Shown here: positions 21,085-35,782 of the stretch, piece after piece
How the letters are laid out: each line of letters begins with the position of its first letter
How positions within the stretch are numbered: the first letter of the stretch is position 1
NCBI GenBank assembly: GCA_012295275.1
Contig: CM022670.1
Coordinates: forward strand, 12,772,001 to 12,836,000
Source: Chrysomallon squamiferum
Lineage: Eukaryota; Animalia; Mollusca
Direction: 5' to 3'
Length of the DNA stretch: 64,000 bases
Position numbers and translations under genes: made by a program
Notes under the pieces: generated by a model
What the model was told of the DNA's origin: nothing
Database searches by the model: none
Seen by the model: only the letters and a program-made list of their open reading frames with translations

Positions 21085-21605
21085 TTTCACTGTTTCTATT
21101 TTTCTAACTTTCTTTATTGTCATACAAGTAAGTAGTAGTAGCAGCAGTAGTAGCAAAAGTAGTAGAAGTATTTGATCTTTTGTTTTCATTCTACAACTGA
21201 TCTTCGAATTACAAAGAGCATGAATATTAAATAGCTTGCATAATCTAAACCTCTGTTTATTTCCTTTTGGCTTCCTATATTTTGTTGTTGTTTTTTTACC
21301 TTCAATTATTCTTTTCTTTTCTTTTCTTTTTTCATTATTCTTTTTCATAATTTTTCTTTCTTTCTTATATTATGTCTTTATATTTTCATTTTTTTTTTGT
21401 TTTGTTGTTTGTTTGTTATTTCTTTTCCTCTTCCTTGTTTTAGGTCTGTCGGTTACAAAGTTAAGGGTTGAGATGTGACAGACTGCGGGTGTACTTCTCT
21501 TAAAATCAGGTGTTTGCTTCCTGGTTGTGCTAAAGGCCACATAAAATTATTCTTTCGTTTTTCTTGGAGGGAGTTTTCTGATTTTGTTGGTAATATTATT
21601 ATTAC

Positions 21606-21645
<40 letters not shown>

Positions 21646-21646
21646 T

Positions 21647-21700
<54 letters not shown>

Positions 21701-21877
21701 TTGTTTTTAATTGTTGTTGTTGATATTATTATTGTCTTTCTTTTGATGTTATATATTTTCTTCTTTTTTCTGTTCTTTTTTTGTTTTGTAACTTTTAACC
21801 AATATATCACCAATTTAAAGCACTAAAAGAACATATTTTAACAACAAACAAAAAAATTAAAACAACACAATTACATT

Positions 21878-21915
<38 letters not shown>

Positions 21916-22282
21916 TTCTGCATAAACGTAGCAAAAAAAAAAGTCTGACGATCCAAAACCTCAAAAGAAAAATTCGTCGATTCACTTATTTATTGATTCG
22001 GATTCAGCTAAACAAAATCCGATTACGAATTTGACTGACAACCGCGGGTTGGTGAACCCATATCGATGTGTTTCTGTCACGATCATAAGGTCACACAGAC
22101 AATCACCGAATACGTGCAGAGTTCTCTAAAATACCAACAGCCAGATTCCGAATCGCGTCAATCAAACGTTTCTGGCGTATGATCTCTCTCACTCCTTCAT
22201 TAACCGCGACACCATTAAACAAAACTTAACGTTCTGGCCAAATTTATGGCCGTTAAGTATTTTCAAGAAATCAAATAATAAT

Positions 22283-22313
<31 letters not shown>

Positions 22314-22529
22314 CGATTAAGGACATTAAAAGAGAACTGTAGTGTATTTTCTATCGTCACCTGGTTAATGATGTACACATGTTTCTCTGTGTTTCATAAA
22401 CTAATAAGTCTGTGTAGTTATTAGAAATGATTTTAGTCGTGGATTCGTAATTTCTCTTTGCTATCGTTAAAGTGTACCTGTGAGTATATAGTCTAAACAA
22501 TATGTTATAATAAATAATACAATAAAGTT

Positions 22530-22564
22530 TTACACACACATACACACACAGGCACACACACACA

Positions 22565-22605
<41 letters not shown>

Positions 22606-22920
22606 ACACACATACTCTTCCAATTAATAATTTATTATTATGGGCCCGAGTCATCTCTAATAATAAACTATAACAAAAAACTAATACTGTTACAATACGC
22701 TGAACGCCTCTTCACAACTGCATTACGCGAGTGTATGTAAAACAGCTATCTGTCTGAAGGCACGAATACGGTTGTGAAGAGAAACTTGTGGCGTTTAGTG
22801 TATTTGTAACAGTATTAGTTTTTTGTTATAGGTTATTATTAGCGATTACGGGCTCCAATAATTATAAAATAATAATTAGAACTGTGTGTGTGTGTCTGTC
22901 TGTCTGTTTGTGTGTGTGTG
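22530..22920. repeat. Foldback / long imperfect inverted repeat (MITE-like)
   Basis: Arms ~22633-22729 and ~22761-22865; perfect 28-bp core 22668-22695 is the reverse complement of 22804-22831; extended outward by (CA)n on the left and (TG)n on the right. Confidence 0.85.
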
Positions 22921-23815
22921 ATTTTGTGTTTTTGTCTAGCAACACTGGAAGAAATTTAAAAGTAAATCGATAAGATTTGTATGCGATAACATCAAGAATT
23001 CATTAAAAATGAAATAAAAAATTAAAAAAATGGCGGTGCGTTAATATATATTTTAAACTGAACTTTTGTTGTTAATTAACAGAAGATAAAATTAGTAAAT
23101 TAAACGACTTGAAAGTATTCACAATATATTCAGACTCTATTCGTATTACCAAAAGTTACGCCGTACAAACGTTAAAACAGAAAGTACACTTTAAAAACTT
23201 TATACGATGCACTCAGGTACGGATGTCCAGTTTTGATACAGATGATGCATGTTAAATGAATGAGTTGAACAGTCACATGGTTACTTGATTTATAGATCCT
23301 GATAAAATAATGATATGCTGAAAAAGGTTTCGTACTCACTGATCCAGACTCGGTTAATAAAATTCGATATAAAATTATACGACACATAAAATTTCTTGGA
23401 CAAATCAATTAAGAATATTAGGTACCAGCGAAAACAAATTGTCCAATAAAAATATTTTACGATTTTTCATTATAAAATTCATGTGAATAATTTTCGGTAT
23501 GTCATTAAAAATAAGACGTGCTTATTAAATGAATTCCTAATCTGATGAAAGAAAGATGAGCTTAAAAAAAAAAAAAATTATTAATAATCATAAAACTTCA
23601 ATCCAGCTGTTATTTTTTTAAATAAAATAATAAAGGATAGGAATAAAAAAAATATTTCTGAAAGGGAAATAGCTTTTAACCATTTTTATTTCAATAATCT
23701 TTATTATTTTTAATTACAATTCTTAATTTCGAATTTCTATCAGTTTTGTTTTTACACTATTTACGGTGGCTAAAATCAGACATTTCTGCTCAAGATGATG
23801 ATGATGATGATGATG

Positions 23816-23869
<54 letters not shown>

Positions 23870-25425
23870 TGAAGAAGAAGAAAAAAGCAAAAATAAACAT
23901 GAATCTCTTGGATTTTGTTTTTGCTTTATTTTTATTTTATTTTTTTTACTTTTGTACGAGTGCGTCTGTGTGTGTGCTTGCGTGCATATGTATGTGTGTA
24001 TGTGCGTGAGTGCATATGTATATGCGTTTGTGTGTGTGTGTCTATTTTATATGTACTTTTTGTAGGTTTAGTCTTCTTATTCATTGCATTTTAGAAAAAT
24101 GTATGACTAGACAATGATAATAATGTCGTAGATGATGGATGCAGAGATACATATGATGTTTTACTGTGCTGTAGATGTTATATATTTTATAATATATCTC
24201 TTCTTGCGTTTGTTTTAATTTAACGCATTTGCTGAAAATATATTAGATGGAATTTAAAAACAAATCACTGAACAAATAAATAAATATGATGATGGTGAAG
24301 ATGACGATGAATATGAAGATGATGATGAAGACGATAATAAGAAGAAGAAGAAGAAGAAAAAAAACTAATAAAAGAAAAAATTCATTAAAAAAAAGAAAAA
24401 TAAAAACAAAAATACGAATGAAATAATGGAATTCTTTTTTCTTACGTTAAAAATAAATAAATCGAGAGTGTGGTAAAAGGTTTCTTATTGCTAATCGGAA
24501 AAGACTTGTCTGTACAGCAGCAGGAATTTTTCCCCTCACACGATGACCTTTAACAGGAGCAGACAACTCCATTTCCTGTCTCTGAAAGGATAATGAATTA
24601 ACCGTTAAAATTATCGACATTCTTGTTTTTAACTGGGGGATGGGGGGATTGGGAAAAAAAAAGTTGAAGAAGAAGATTTAAAAGGAACCAAAAAAAAAAA
24701 AAAAAAAAAAAAAAAAAGATTTTTACCTTTATTAACAAAAATAATAATGATAATACAAAAAAATAAAAAATAAAAAATAAGATTTATCTATTCTTATTTG
24801 GATGTTTTGTTTGTATTTTCCATTTTTCCCAGCTAAATATTTTGTCATTGTTTTTCTCAGTTTTATTTTATATATGCATTTATTAGTAGTAGTAGTAGTA
24901 GTAGCAGTAGTACTAGTAGTAGTGGTAAAAATTCTATAGTTCAGGTTTGCAATTTGTTTTTTATTTTGAATGGCTTTGTTGTTTTGTTTGTTTATGTGTT
25001 GTTGTTGTTCTTCTTCTTCTTCTTCTTTTCTTCTTTTTCATTGTTATTGTTGTTGAGTCGAGAAGATTATAATTATTTGTTCGTCTTGTCAGTTTCCGAC
25101 AAAAATTCATATTGTCTTGCAGAATATTGAAAAAGATTACGTTTAGCAACAATCTAAGGGAGGTAATTGTATTGTATAATTTTCCTATAATAACTGTATG
25201 TAGTTATCTCCCTTCTCCAACTTGCTTTCCTATTTAATTTTGAAATAAAAATTCCTCTGTTTTTCTTACTTGTGTTCAGGCATACATATATATATATTTT
25301 TTTATTATTTTTTTTTAATTTTTTTTTTTTTTAAATTATATATTTTCAAATTAGTTTTGATTATATATTTATTTATGGTATGGATGTGTTTGTCTCTGAA
25401 ATATAAAACATACATATAAATAAAT

Positions 25426-25476
<51 letters not shown>

Positions 25477-26643
25477 AAAACAAATGCACCGAAAAATGAC
25501 GAAAGATAAAAAAAAAAAAAAAAAAAAAAAAAATGGCGTGCTTTGAAGATCCTCCTGATTACCACCCGCTATTGAACAAATTTATTACCGTACCACACGT
25601 CAAGTGACGTCTGTCGTTCGTGAAGTCGAGGTTGCTGGCCTTTGACCTTCTGTGCCAGTGCGTTCTCGAACGTTCGTAATACAAGAGAATAATCATTTAT
25701 TCCCGAATACGCGAACACGCACAATCCATGCACCCAGCACGTGGTGGGTAACTGTAAAATCAGAGGTGTAGCTATAAATCTCACGTACTCGTATAATCTA
25801 CGACACTTTTCAGTCTGTACGTTAAAGTAACGGGAAAGCGTGAAGTGCGTCAGTCTTGCAGCTGTCAAGCTTTACAATAACATAACGAAATTCGTAAAAA
25901 TAAGTAATTTTTTGAGAATATAAGACTAGGTATCAATATAACAGAACCGCGTGAAATAGATTTCGTTTACAGATATATATTTTTTTTTATTTCAAAGAAC
26001 TTATTCTGCGTGGTCTGTCGTTACACAGATAAGTTATCAGACAGTGTGACAGTTCAAGGCTGTAAATAAACAGCCACGGTTAATATAAGACACACACACA
26101 CATACACACACACACACATGCATGAACATGCATATGTGATATAATAATTATTTTCAGGTAAGTAAGAGTATATACTTATTGTTTTCCTTTTAATTAAATT
26201 TAAGAAAAGAAAAAAAACAAAGATAAATAAACTGCTCTAGGTACATATGACCTTTACTGCTCATTCTGTTATTGCGTGTTATCGGTGTTTGGGTCCTTGG
26301 TTAACTGACGACTTAAACAAAATCCGTCTCGCTTTGAACTAGCAGAAACGAATTTTTTTTTTTTTTTACAAATAGCCTCAGTCGTGTTTCACTGTGTGCA
26401 TCTCTTTCTCCCTGCGTATGTATGACTACGTTTATGTTTACTATCACCAGTTTATTTACAACCTCAGTCCTTGCATCTTATATATATATATATATTTATA
26501 GTGTTTTATCTATGCATATTATATGACTGACTGTACGTGGTGTTTTTTATGATTTTATTACTGTACTCCCGGACATTATTATTATTGAAATGTACACCAA
26601 TGATTAGTTACAGCATAGAAACACAAGTATATCTATATATATA

Positions 26644-26683
<40 letters not shown>

Positions 26684-27167
26684 ATCAGTGCTCGTAAGTT
26701 TCAAGTTTATTGTTCTTTTTGAGACATTTTCCATTAGCCTATAAAGTGCTTCTGCACCTGGATGTCAAGGTCACATTTTTTTTTTTTTTTTTTTTTGTTA
26801 AGTAAACACGTCTGCTCCCAATATTCGTTTCTGGCCACCAAAACAGACTAAAAACAATTTACTTACGCTGCGTTATTTCAGTATCTGGATACAGGTAAGG
26901 TTTACTCAGGTACAAAGAGCAGCCTACCCGTGCAGTGAGTGGCTACACGAAGTCTCGTGTTTACTCACATTACCAACTCACACTCGCTGCTTGTAATTTG
27001 AATCTTCTTTGCTGGCTTTATTTGCGAGGGCAGTGTCATTATCTTCTGCTACTACACATCACAAATGTATAAATGTCTTTAGTAAATCACCATAACAATT
27101 AAAATTATTGTATTTAATCATTCTTTGTACTACCATCCACGACACTGTCAAACTATGCAGGGTCGCT

Positions 27168-27248
27168 GGGGCGGATCTAGACTAGGGTCCAAGGCATCCG
27201 GACCCTCCCCTAAAATTTCAGAAGTGCCCCTTTTTATTTAGGATTTTT

Positions 27249-27282
<34 letters not shown>

Positions 27283-27480
27283 TATTTATATAGTTTTTTT
27301 TTTTTTATATATATATATTTCTGAAGGTGTACAGAACACTGTAGAAAATATCTGCCAGCGTCCCTGTTGTAGCTTTGTTATATTATGGTTCATGTGAACC
27401 GTGTGTAATTTTTCAGTAGTGTTTTCTCATGTTATGGTGCCCTTTTTGTCATGGACTCCACCAGGGTCGAGAAGTGCTGG
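27168..27480. mobile_element. Degenerate non-autonomous DNA-transposon (MITE-like) remnant
   Basis: GGGGCGGATCTAG...TCCGGACCCTCCCC start and repeated GTGCCC(C)TTTT, resembling common invertebrate MITE ends; partner TIR not found. Confidence 0.3.
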
Positions 27481-28644
27481 TAAAAAAAAACAAAAACATG
27501 GGTATCTTTTTAAAGGTATTGTTATCGTATTGAAAGAAGATTTTTTTTAATATTATTATTTCCGTCGTGTGCATAATGTGAACATAAATTTTGATGTCTT
27601 TGTTAATTTAAGATATTTTAGAAGAATGAAAGTTATCAAGAATTGTCGAAAAGGGTGCGCAGTCTTTACGGTGGAAATGACTTTCAAAATAAAATGTGTT
27701 TCATTATAAAGAATAAAAAAAAAAAAAAAGTTTTATTGTTATTATTGTTGTTGTTGTTGTTGTTTGTTGGTGGTTTTTTTTTTTGTTGTTTTTTTATTAA
27801 TTTTGTTATTATTATTTTTTATTTATTTTATTTTTATTATTATTTACTTTTTTCTTACTTTTTTTTTTTTTTTTTTTTTTTTCATTTGTTTATTTGTTTG
27901 TTTGTTTTTTTGGTGTTGTTTTAATTTAAACAACTGATGTTTGAAAAAAGAAGTGTAGATCCAGACAGCAACAGATAGTGAGTAAATTAAAGAAATTATA
28001 AAACGTAACTATTCTTGTCAATCTAATTTTAATAATTCATTGTTTTATTATAATTCTGATGTAACATCAGCGAAGATCAATTAGCATTAATTTTGATCAA
28101 ATATGCACCTGTTACACTCTGAGCAAATTTTAACCACTCAGCAAAATAATTATATGAATTTGCAGACTAGTGGAAAAGGTCATTCGAATATTGATGTTTT
28201 ATAAAAAAAAATTAAAAGTATTATTATTTCATCAATGTCGAATACCAGAGAGGACATCAGGGACAAGAGTACTAATGGGCAGATATAACGATTCGTCTAA
28301 CTAGGTCAAATCTACGTAAAAAAAACGTGGCTTGTATCTGGGGCAAACGTGCAGGAGGTAGATACCGTAGTTTTCATAAGCACTGAGCCCATTTTCATTC
28401 AAGACGTTGCTGATTTATTAGTGAATCTGTGTTTATCTGCCAGAAAATAAAAGTTCTAATTTTTATTTATTTTATTTATTTTATTTATTTATTTATTCAC
28501 TTCACAGAATTTCGTCAAAACCAAGAGTAGATCAGAGAGTCAGAGTTAATATTTTCACAGCATTAAACGGAGACATTTTGACCGAGTTCCCACTGTTCAG
28601 TCACCCATGACGGCATGTTATCGCTATCGGGGGCACGCTATTTG

Positions 28645-28697
28645 GATCGGAACGAGGCTGACTCAGATCGGAACGAGGCTGACTCAGATTGGAACGA
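28645..28697. repeat. 21-bp tandem repeat, 2.5 copies, with TGACTCA in each full unit
   Basis: GATCGGAACGAGGCTGACTCA at 28645 and 28666, partial copy at 28687. Confidence 0.9.
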
Positions 28698-28729
28698 TTG
28701 TAACAGTTGAACCCAACCTCATTTCATGG

Positions 28730-29141
28730 ACAGTTGCTTACAAGTATCGTCTATTCAGCGTCTTGTCTGTTCAATCCCCCAAAACAACAGCCTATGTATA
28801 TTTGAAAAGATTACTCTCAGGAATTACTCACCCACAACTTATAAGTATACAAAAGGTCAAATTGTATAGTTAAAAAAATTTGCTGTGATAAGAGAACATA
28901 AATTGTGCTTGATCAGCAAAATGTGATTACGCCAAGTGTGCACTGTTTTCCTATACCTTATCTCCAATGGCAACGTCAGCACAGCTGACATAATGCGCAT
29001 AGCCTGCCTGCTGCTCGCTCCATCACTCTTCAATGGAAGGCTATTCGAATAGCCAACCACTCAAAATGGTCAGTGTAAATGAATACCCATCAAATATTTA
29101 AAAAAAATTACCCACTCCTTCAACTTTTTAAATTTATTTTA

Positions 29142-29187
<46 letters not shown>

Positions 29188-30565
29188 TTGTTATTATTAT
29201 TTTTATTTTTATTTATTTATTTAAACCAAGCAAATATAGTAGCTGTTTGGAATCAACAGACACCAATATTTTTGTCTATTATTTTTACATGATTGTACAT
29301 GTATAATGTTAAATATATTAAAATGAAAATAATGTATGGTGCAAAAAAAAAAAAAAAAACGAATAACAGAAAAAATAATAACAGGAAAAAGAAATAAAAT
29401 AATTGGGAAGCAAGTGGAAAAAGCAGAAAATCAGACACAGAATTCAGACTGGTTTTATTACAAAAGAGACATGCTTAACTTTGATAAAACTGATCAAAGA
29501 GCCTCTTTGATAACTGATCAAAGAGTAACAGGAACAATTGAGAGCGTTAGCTTATCAAAAGGATTTTTGGCAAAGATGTTAGACCTATGCTTGAAGGCAG
29601 AGTATTGCGTTACAATCTAGGATGTCACCTTTCTACCGAGGTCATTGATTTCTGACTTAATCTTGCAAGTAATCAAACTATTGCAAGAAGTTGGCAGAGC
29701 TGTCAAAGTCAGGATAGACTTGAGTCAAGGATCACAAGAAATAAACTGATCAGTAACAAGCAAGTCTGGTAGGATATATACAGTGAAAAAGCTGAAGCTG
29801 AAATTGGAACAGTGGTTGAGGACAGTTTGATATTAGTATCCAGCCCTTTCCAACAGTCGCCCCAGTCCACTGAGATTTTACTTGATCAGGTGAGCTGTTT
29901 CCCTAAAGCACAATGAAGATAAATCTCACAGAGGTGGAAGAAAAAGACGAAAATCAGCAAAACTTAAAAGATACACACATATGATAGCAAAATTAGCAAA
30001 CTAACAAAAGTTTGGTCGACTCTTGAAACCTCCATCAAGTGAAATACAAAAAGTGAAATGTCGCCCCAAAAAAAACCTATTAGTAAAATGAGGAGCTGAA
30101 AGATTCTGATGACAAGCTCAATACCTGCTTAGTTGGTTAGTGAACATTTTGTAGACAGCTCAAGTCCTGAGACTGGGTTCTGTATCAGACATGAAACTAC
30201 TGGACCCATCAAGTGTGCACAGCTGGTGAGCTTGCATGTAACATCTTTGAATCAGATGTTGATGATTCTGATTAATGTTAAACATAACTCTTGGATGTTT
30301 TATTTGGTCCTGACATATATTATAATTGCCCTGTAGGATGGGGGTCAAATGCAGCAGTGAAAAGCCTTTAGAAATTATTTATCAGTTCTGATGATTATGT
30401 AGTAGTCACAATCATAGTTGATTTAAATAGAAGAGATTTCATTAATAAAAGTTGTTTACAGTTTCCAAATTCTGTTTTATTTTATTTATTTTATTTTTTT
30501 TTTTTTTTTTTGTCTATGATGCATTAAGTAAACAATATTAGAGTTATCCTTGCTCTCACCTACAC
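28730..30565 (+). mobile_element. Decayed pogo/Tigger-like (Tc1-mariner superfamily) transposase remnant with C-terminal PHD finger
   Basis: Ordered broken motifs: psq-HTH-like PKTTAYVYLKR (~28780), first-D-like NFDKT (~29477), FPKAQ...RGGRKRRKSA (~29900-29960), PHD-like CLV.SEHFVDS..DWVLYQT*NYWTHQVCTAGE..CNI (~30120-30255); many stops and frameshifts. Confidence 0.55.
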
Positions 30566-30674
30566 TGGACTAGTTTAATTCATACAGTTGTATTTAAATG
30601 TAGATATTTGTATAAAAGCATTAATGAGTCTGAAACACAATAAAAGGAAAGCTAGAAATGGTCCCCATTTTTGT

Positions 30675-30680
30675 TTTATT
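30675..30680 (-). terminator. Candidate polyadenylation signal of SLC13-A
   Basis: AATAAA on the minus strand ~200 nt after the TGA. Confidence 0.4.
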
Positions 30681-30878
30681 TAATAATAAAATTACTACAA
30701 CTGGAAAGTTACACCCATAAAAAAAAAAAGCTGAGTACCCTTACTGAAGTGCAGATCAGTGTCAGAACTAGCTCAGCTTTTCATCTTTGCATGTATTCAA
30801 CCTTGCATAGCAAATATTTATGTAAATATATGTATTCCAGCAAGTCTCTGGTGTGGTTACATGTTTCACAAATGACCT

Positions 30879-31025
30879 TCACCCTGTACTGTTGGATAGG
30901 AGACTAGTATGATTTTTAGCCCAATCTGGAAACTGGTTCAGATCAAAATAGGCGATTCCCCAAGTATTGATTGCCAAAGTCACTAACAACACGTTGAACA
31001 CATTTAAAATTAGGCCTGCCTTCAC
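30879..31025 (-). CDS. SLC13-A exon 14 (VKAGLILN...INTWG...FPDWAKNHTSLLSNSTG*)
   Basis: CAG acceptor, TGA at 30879-30881. Confidence 0.92.
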   Translation of the reverse strand: MKAGLILNVFNVLLVTLAINTWGIAYFDLNQFPDWAKNHTSLLSNSTG

Positions 31026-32022
31026 CTGAAATGCAATACATTTTGTTTATCATCATCTTTATTTCTAACAAAAATGTTTATAATTCAGAAACACGCTGAC
31101 ATTTAAAAAAGAAACATAATACAACTATTTTGTCATACCAACTAAGATATATTTTTAGTAAATAATTAAAACCTTCTAAAATTAAAATAAAAAAATAATA
31201 ATAAAAAAAGGACCCTTCTAATGTAGATCTTTTCTAATATACTAATACTTTTTTCAGAATTTAAAACTACATCTAGAAATCCTAAACAACCATAAACATG
31301 AAAAAAAGTTCATCTAAAACTGACATTTTTAACTAATACAGTATCATTTGATTTTTTTTTCCTACATGTGTATGTGTGTGTCTGTGTGTACAGTTACAAA
31401 CACCCACCATATCAATGACTCTCACATCTCCATAAGAAAACACAACAGCATTCGGTGGCGTTGCCACTGGCAACATGTAGGCAAAGGAGGCAGTCAAGCC
31501 TGCTGGCAGCATAAAATACAATGGATGAATGTCCATTGAGACAGCCTGAATGATAACACAGTTAGTTTCAAATATATGTAGACAAGATGCAGTAACTGAC
31601 GATACATCATCAAGTTCCTTACATCTTAGTGTAACATTCTCTGTAGTTATGTCATTTGCTACACAGATTAAACTAAATACAAGAAACGTAATGTGTTACC
31701 CTCTGGTTCACTGCAATCATTCATGATGGTGAAAATACAAATATAGTTACTGTCATTAATTACTATTACTCTTACTGATAGTATTATCATAGCCACCCCA
31801 AAACTGCTACTAATAATGATACTAACACTACTACTATGACCACTTCTATTACTATTACTATCACTATGACTACAACTACTATTACTACTACTGCTGCTAC
31901 TATTCCAACTAATATTACTGCTGCTGCTACTACTACTACTACTACTACTACTACAACTAATATTACTACTATAAGTACTGCTACTACTAGTACTACTACT
32001 ACATTTACTTCCACCAATATAT

Positions 32023-32082
<60 letters not shown>

Positions 32083-32969
32083 TTACTGGCTTACAATTAC
32101 TGGCTTATGATAACTTCTTCTAATGCAGTTAGCATAATCACTATTAGGTATAAATGTGTTACCACCAACTGTTATTACTACAACAGCAAGTTCTGCATTT
32201 TGTGATTAGCAAACTCTTACTAGTTCAGATACGATTGGCATGAACAGGCTGACAATGACTGTGTTGGATGCAACCTCAGTGACAGTGCATATCATTAACA
32301 CCAGGACAAGGCAAGCTGCTTGAGGTCCCAGACCTTTGATGATGGAAAGTTTATTAGCAATAAGTTCAGTCAAGTGAGAGATCTGAAAAAAAAAAATAAT
32401 AAATAAATTAAATTAAATTAAATTAAATTAAATTAAATAAAATTAAAATAACTTAAATTAAATTAAATTAAATTAAATTAAATTAAATCAAAGTAAAGAA
32501 AAAATATTTTAAAAAAATAAATAAATAATGAAAGAAAGAAAAAAATAAATAAAATAAAATAAATTAAATTAAAATAAAATAAATAAATTAAATAAATTTA
32601 ATTAAATTAAATTAAATTAAATTAAATCAAAGTAAAGAAAATGTTTTTTTTTAATAAATAAAGAAAGAAAAAACAAATAAAATAAAATAAATTAAATTAA
32701 AATAAATTGAAATAAATTAAATTAAAATAAAATAAAATAAAATAAAATAAAATAAAATAAAATAAAATAAAAATTAAATTAAATTAAATTAAATTAAATT
32801 AAATTAAATTAAATTAAATTAATAAAATAAATAAATAAACAAGATAAATAAACTAAAATAAATAATGAAAAATCAAAAAGAAAAGGAAAAAGAAAACAGT
32901 AAAAAGAAAATCACTGTGTATAGTAGTAGTTACTGTTCTATATTTACATCATGTATTTATCTAAGCATG

Positions 32970-33009
<40 letters not shown>

Positions 33010-33232
33010 GTACATACATAATAAAAAAGGATAATTGGTTGCTATCTTAAGCTATCCTGCAAAGGTTAGAATGGCTTGACTGAGCAAGATTATGCTGATA
33101 CCTTAAGCTAGAAACAAGTCCAAAATAATATAAAAGCTAAATGAAATTAACTATTCTCTTTATCAACGTTATTGGGTTTGGGCCTCAAAATATAGAAATT
33201 TATCCAGGTATCATATCTTGCCACTACAAACA

Positions 33233-33265
<33 letters not shown>

Positions 33266-33321
33266 TGTGCATTTGTGTGTGTGTTTGTGTGTGTGTGCTT
33301 GTTTGTGTGTTTGTGTGTGTG

Positions 33322-33368
<47 letters not shown>

Positions 33369-35717
33369 ATAAGTATTTAAGGGAAAACTTATATTTAACA
33401 TACCATCTTAATTTCTTATCACTGACATCCATCCAGGCATAGGTTATATACATTCCAGTATATATGTGTGTTGCTACACTACATATATTTGCATGCAACA
33501 CTGCAATTGTGTATACTTAATTACCTGACATGCTTCTGCTAGTGCAAAACCACCACCCAGCAGCAGAATGATGCCCCAGGGTAGTGATGAATTGATATCA
33601 GACCATACAATGATGCTTTCTGTCTTACCAGGTACACCTGAGTCTTTAAAAATTCAGTTTAAATACAAATGATTATATAACAAATTAAAATATGTTCTTT
33701 CATGATTACATTATTATTAGTGGTATTATTATTATTATTATTATTATTGCTATTACTGTTTTTATTAATTTTTGTTTTAAATATTATTAGTATTATTATT
33801 ACTACTACTACTGTTATTATTATATTGTTATTATTATATTGTTATTATTATATTATTATTATTATTGTTATTATTATTATCATTATTATTATTATTATTG
33901 TTATCATTATTATTATTATTATTGTTATTATTGTTATTATTATTATTATGTTTTAGAGCACAAATGCCATAATTCATTCAGTGATTTGTTTCTGTGTTTA
34001 TTTGCTTGCTTCTTTCTCTATATATATAAGTTATACCTTTTTTCTTAAAGTATAATTGCCTCGGCCATTTCTTTGGAAATATGAAAAGTCCAAGAGCAAC
34101 TAATACTGCTGGAACAGCATCGGTGATATATCTGCAATAAGAATAATAATAAGAAGAAGAAGAAGAATATGATGATGATGATGATGATAATGTGGACGTT
34201 GTTATGATGATGAAGTTGACAACAACGACAACAACAACAACAACAATAATAATAATAAACCTGAGAGATAAAATCACAAATATCAAACAAAATAATATGA
34301 GAAAACAAATATCATTCAGAATCACTTATTTACAGCTATTATCATCAGTATCGTCATCACTATTATTGTTGTTGTAGTTGTTGTTGTTGTTATCGTTGTC
34401 ACAATTTTTTTAAAACTTACCCTTCCAGGAAAAGCTGTCCATATCCTGGTATGAAGCCTGGGTTCCTCATGAGCCACAACAAAATCAAGCAGATGAGGTG
34501 TATTACTACCACATACTCTGAAAAACTAGCAGCAGAGAACTTCCACTAAGTCATAGTATAGTTACATAATATTTAAACCTAATACAAGCAGTAGTAGACA
34601 TTTAGTTACTATAAAAGTATGGTGGTAGTAGTAGTAGCGGCAGTAGTAATAAGGCAAGATGAGAATTCTTTATCCAAATTGCTTGGGTCTAGAATTTTGA
34701 AAAAATTTTAGGATTTTTGAATACAAGGAGATAGCCTGAGAATAGGATCTAAGTCTAAACACAAATTATATTTTTATTTCACGTACAGCTTACAATAAGA
34801 TATCAAAATGAGAAAATATGGACACAAGGATGTCAAAATGAATGTAAAAAACAATGTCTATCGTGTTAAAATGATGGTAGAATTAATGGAATTTGTCTTA
34901 AAATATTGTTTAAAATAATGATCACGTGAAGTATAGTTAGAATTAGCAGTAGTAGTAGTAATTGTGGCAGCCATATTAGTAGTAAAAGTAGTAGTAGTAT
35001 TAGAAGTAATAGAAACAGAGTAACAGGAGTAACAGGAGTAACAGTAGCAATGGCAGTAGTAGTTGTAATAATAGCAGTAGTTATAGTAGTGGCAGTAGAA
35101 ACAGTAGCATTTATTTTAACATGTAAGTTATCAGGCAAGTACAATCTGCACAATGGTTTTGACAAAAAGCTTTGTGTGTTATCTAACTGCTTTACCTCAT
35201 TGGTCCAAGTTTTTCATGTTCTTTACGAACTAATCCCATTATTTCTACATTGCTTCTTTCTTTCTTGTTCCTTCGACATGAAAAGGTCGCTCTACAGTAA
35301 CAATAATAATATTAATAATAGTAGTGATGATGGTGTTGATAATTTTATTGGTGATAATAATAATGATAATGATGATGATGATGATAATAATAATAGTTTT
35401 GTTAGTTGTTTTGTTTTTGCTGGGGTTTTTTTTGTTGTTGTTGGGTTTTTTTGTTGGCTTTGTTTTTCAGCAGGATATTTTGCATTTGTAAATTAATAAA
35501 TTTATTTTTATGATGCTGTATGATATATATGTAATAAACATTCTTTCACAAATAATAAATTCACAGTGACAAGAATATGTCACTCTACCTTGGGCCCAGG
35601 AAAACAATTTGAAGCCAGAACCATACAAAGAAGAGAGAAATCAGTGAGATAGGAACTGTAAACACCATCCAAGACAGAAATGTAATTCCAGAATTGCCAT
35701 TTGCCAAACTGCAATTT

Positions 35718-35782
<65 letters not shown>

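Noticed and set aside
31787-32123. Mucin-like Thr-rich ORF / poly-Val ORF
   Set aside because: (ACT)n microsatellite inside SLC13-A intron 12
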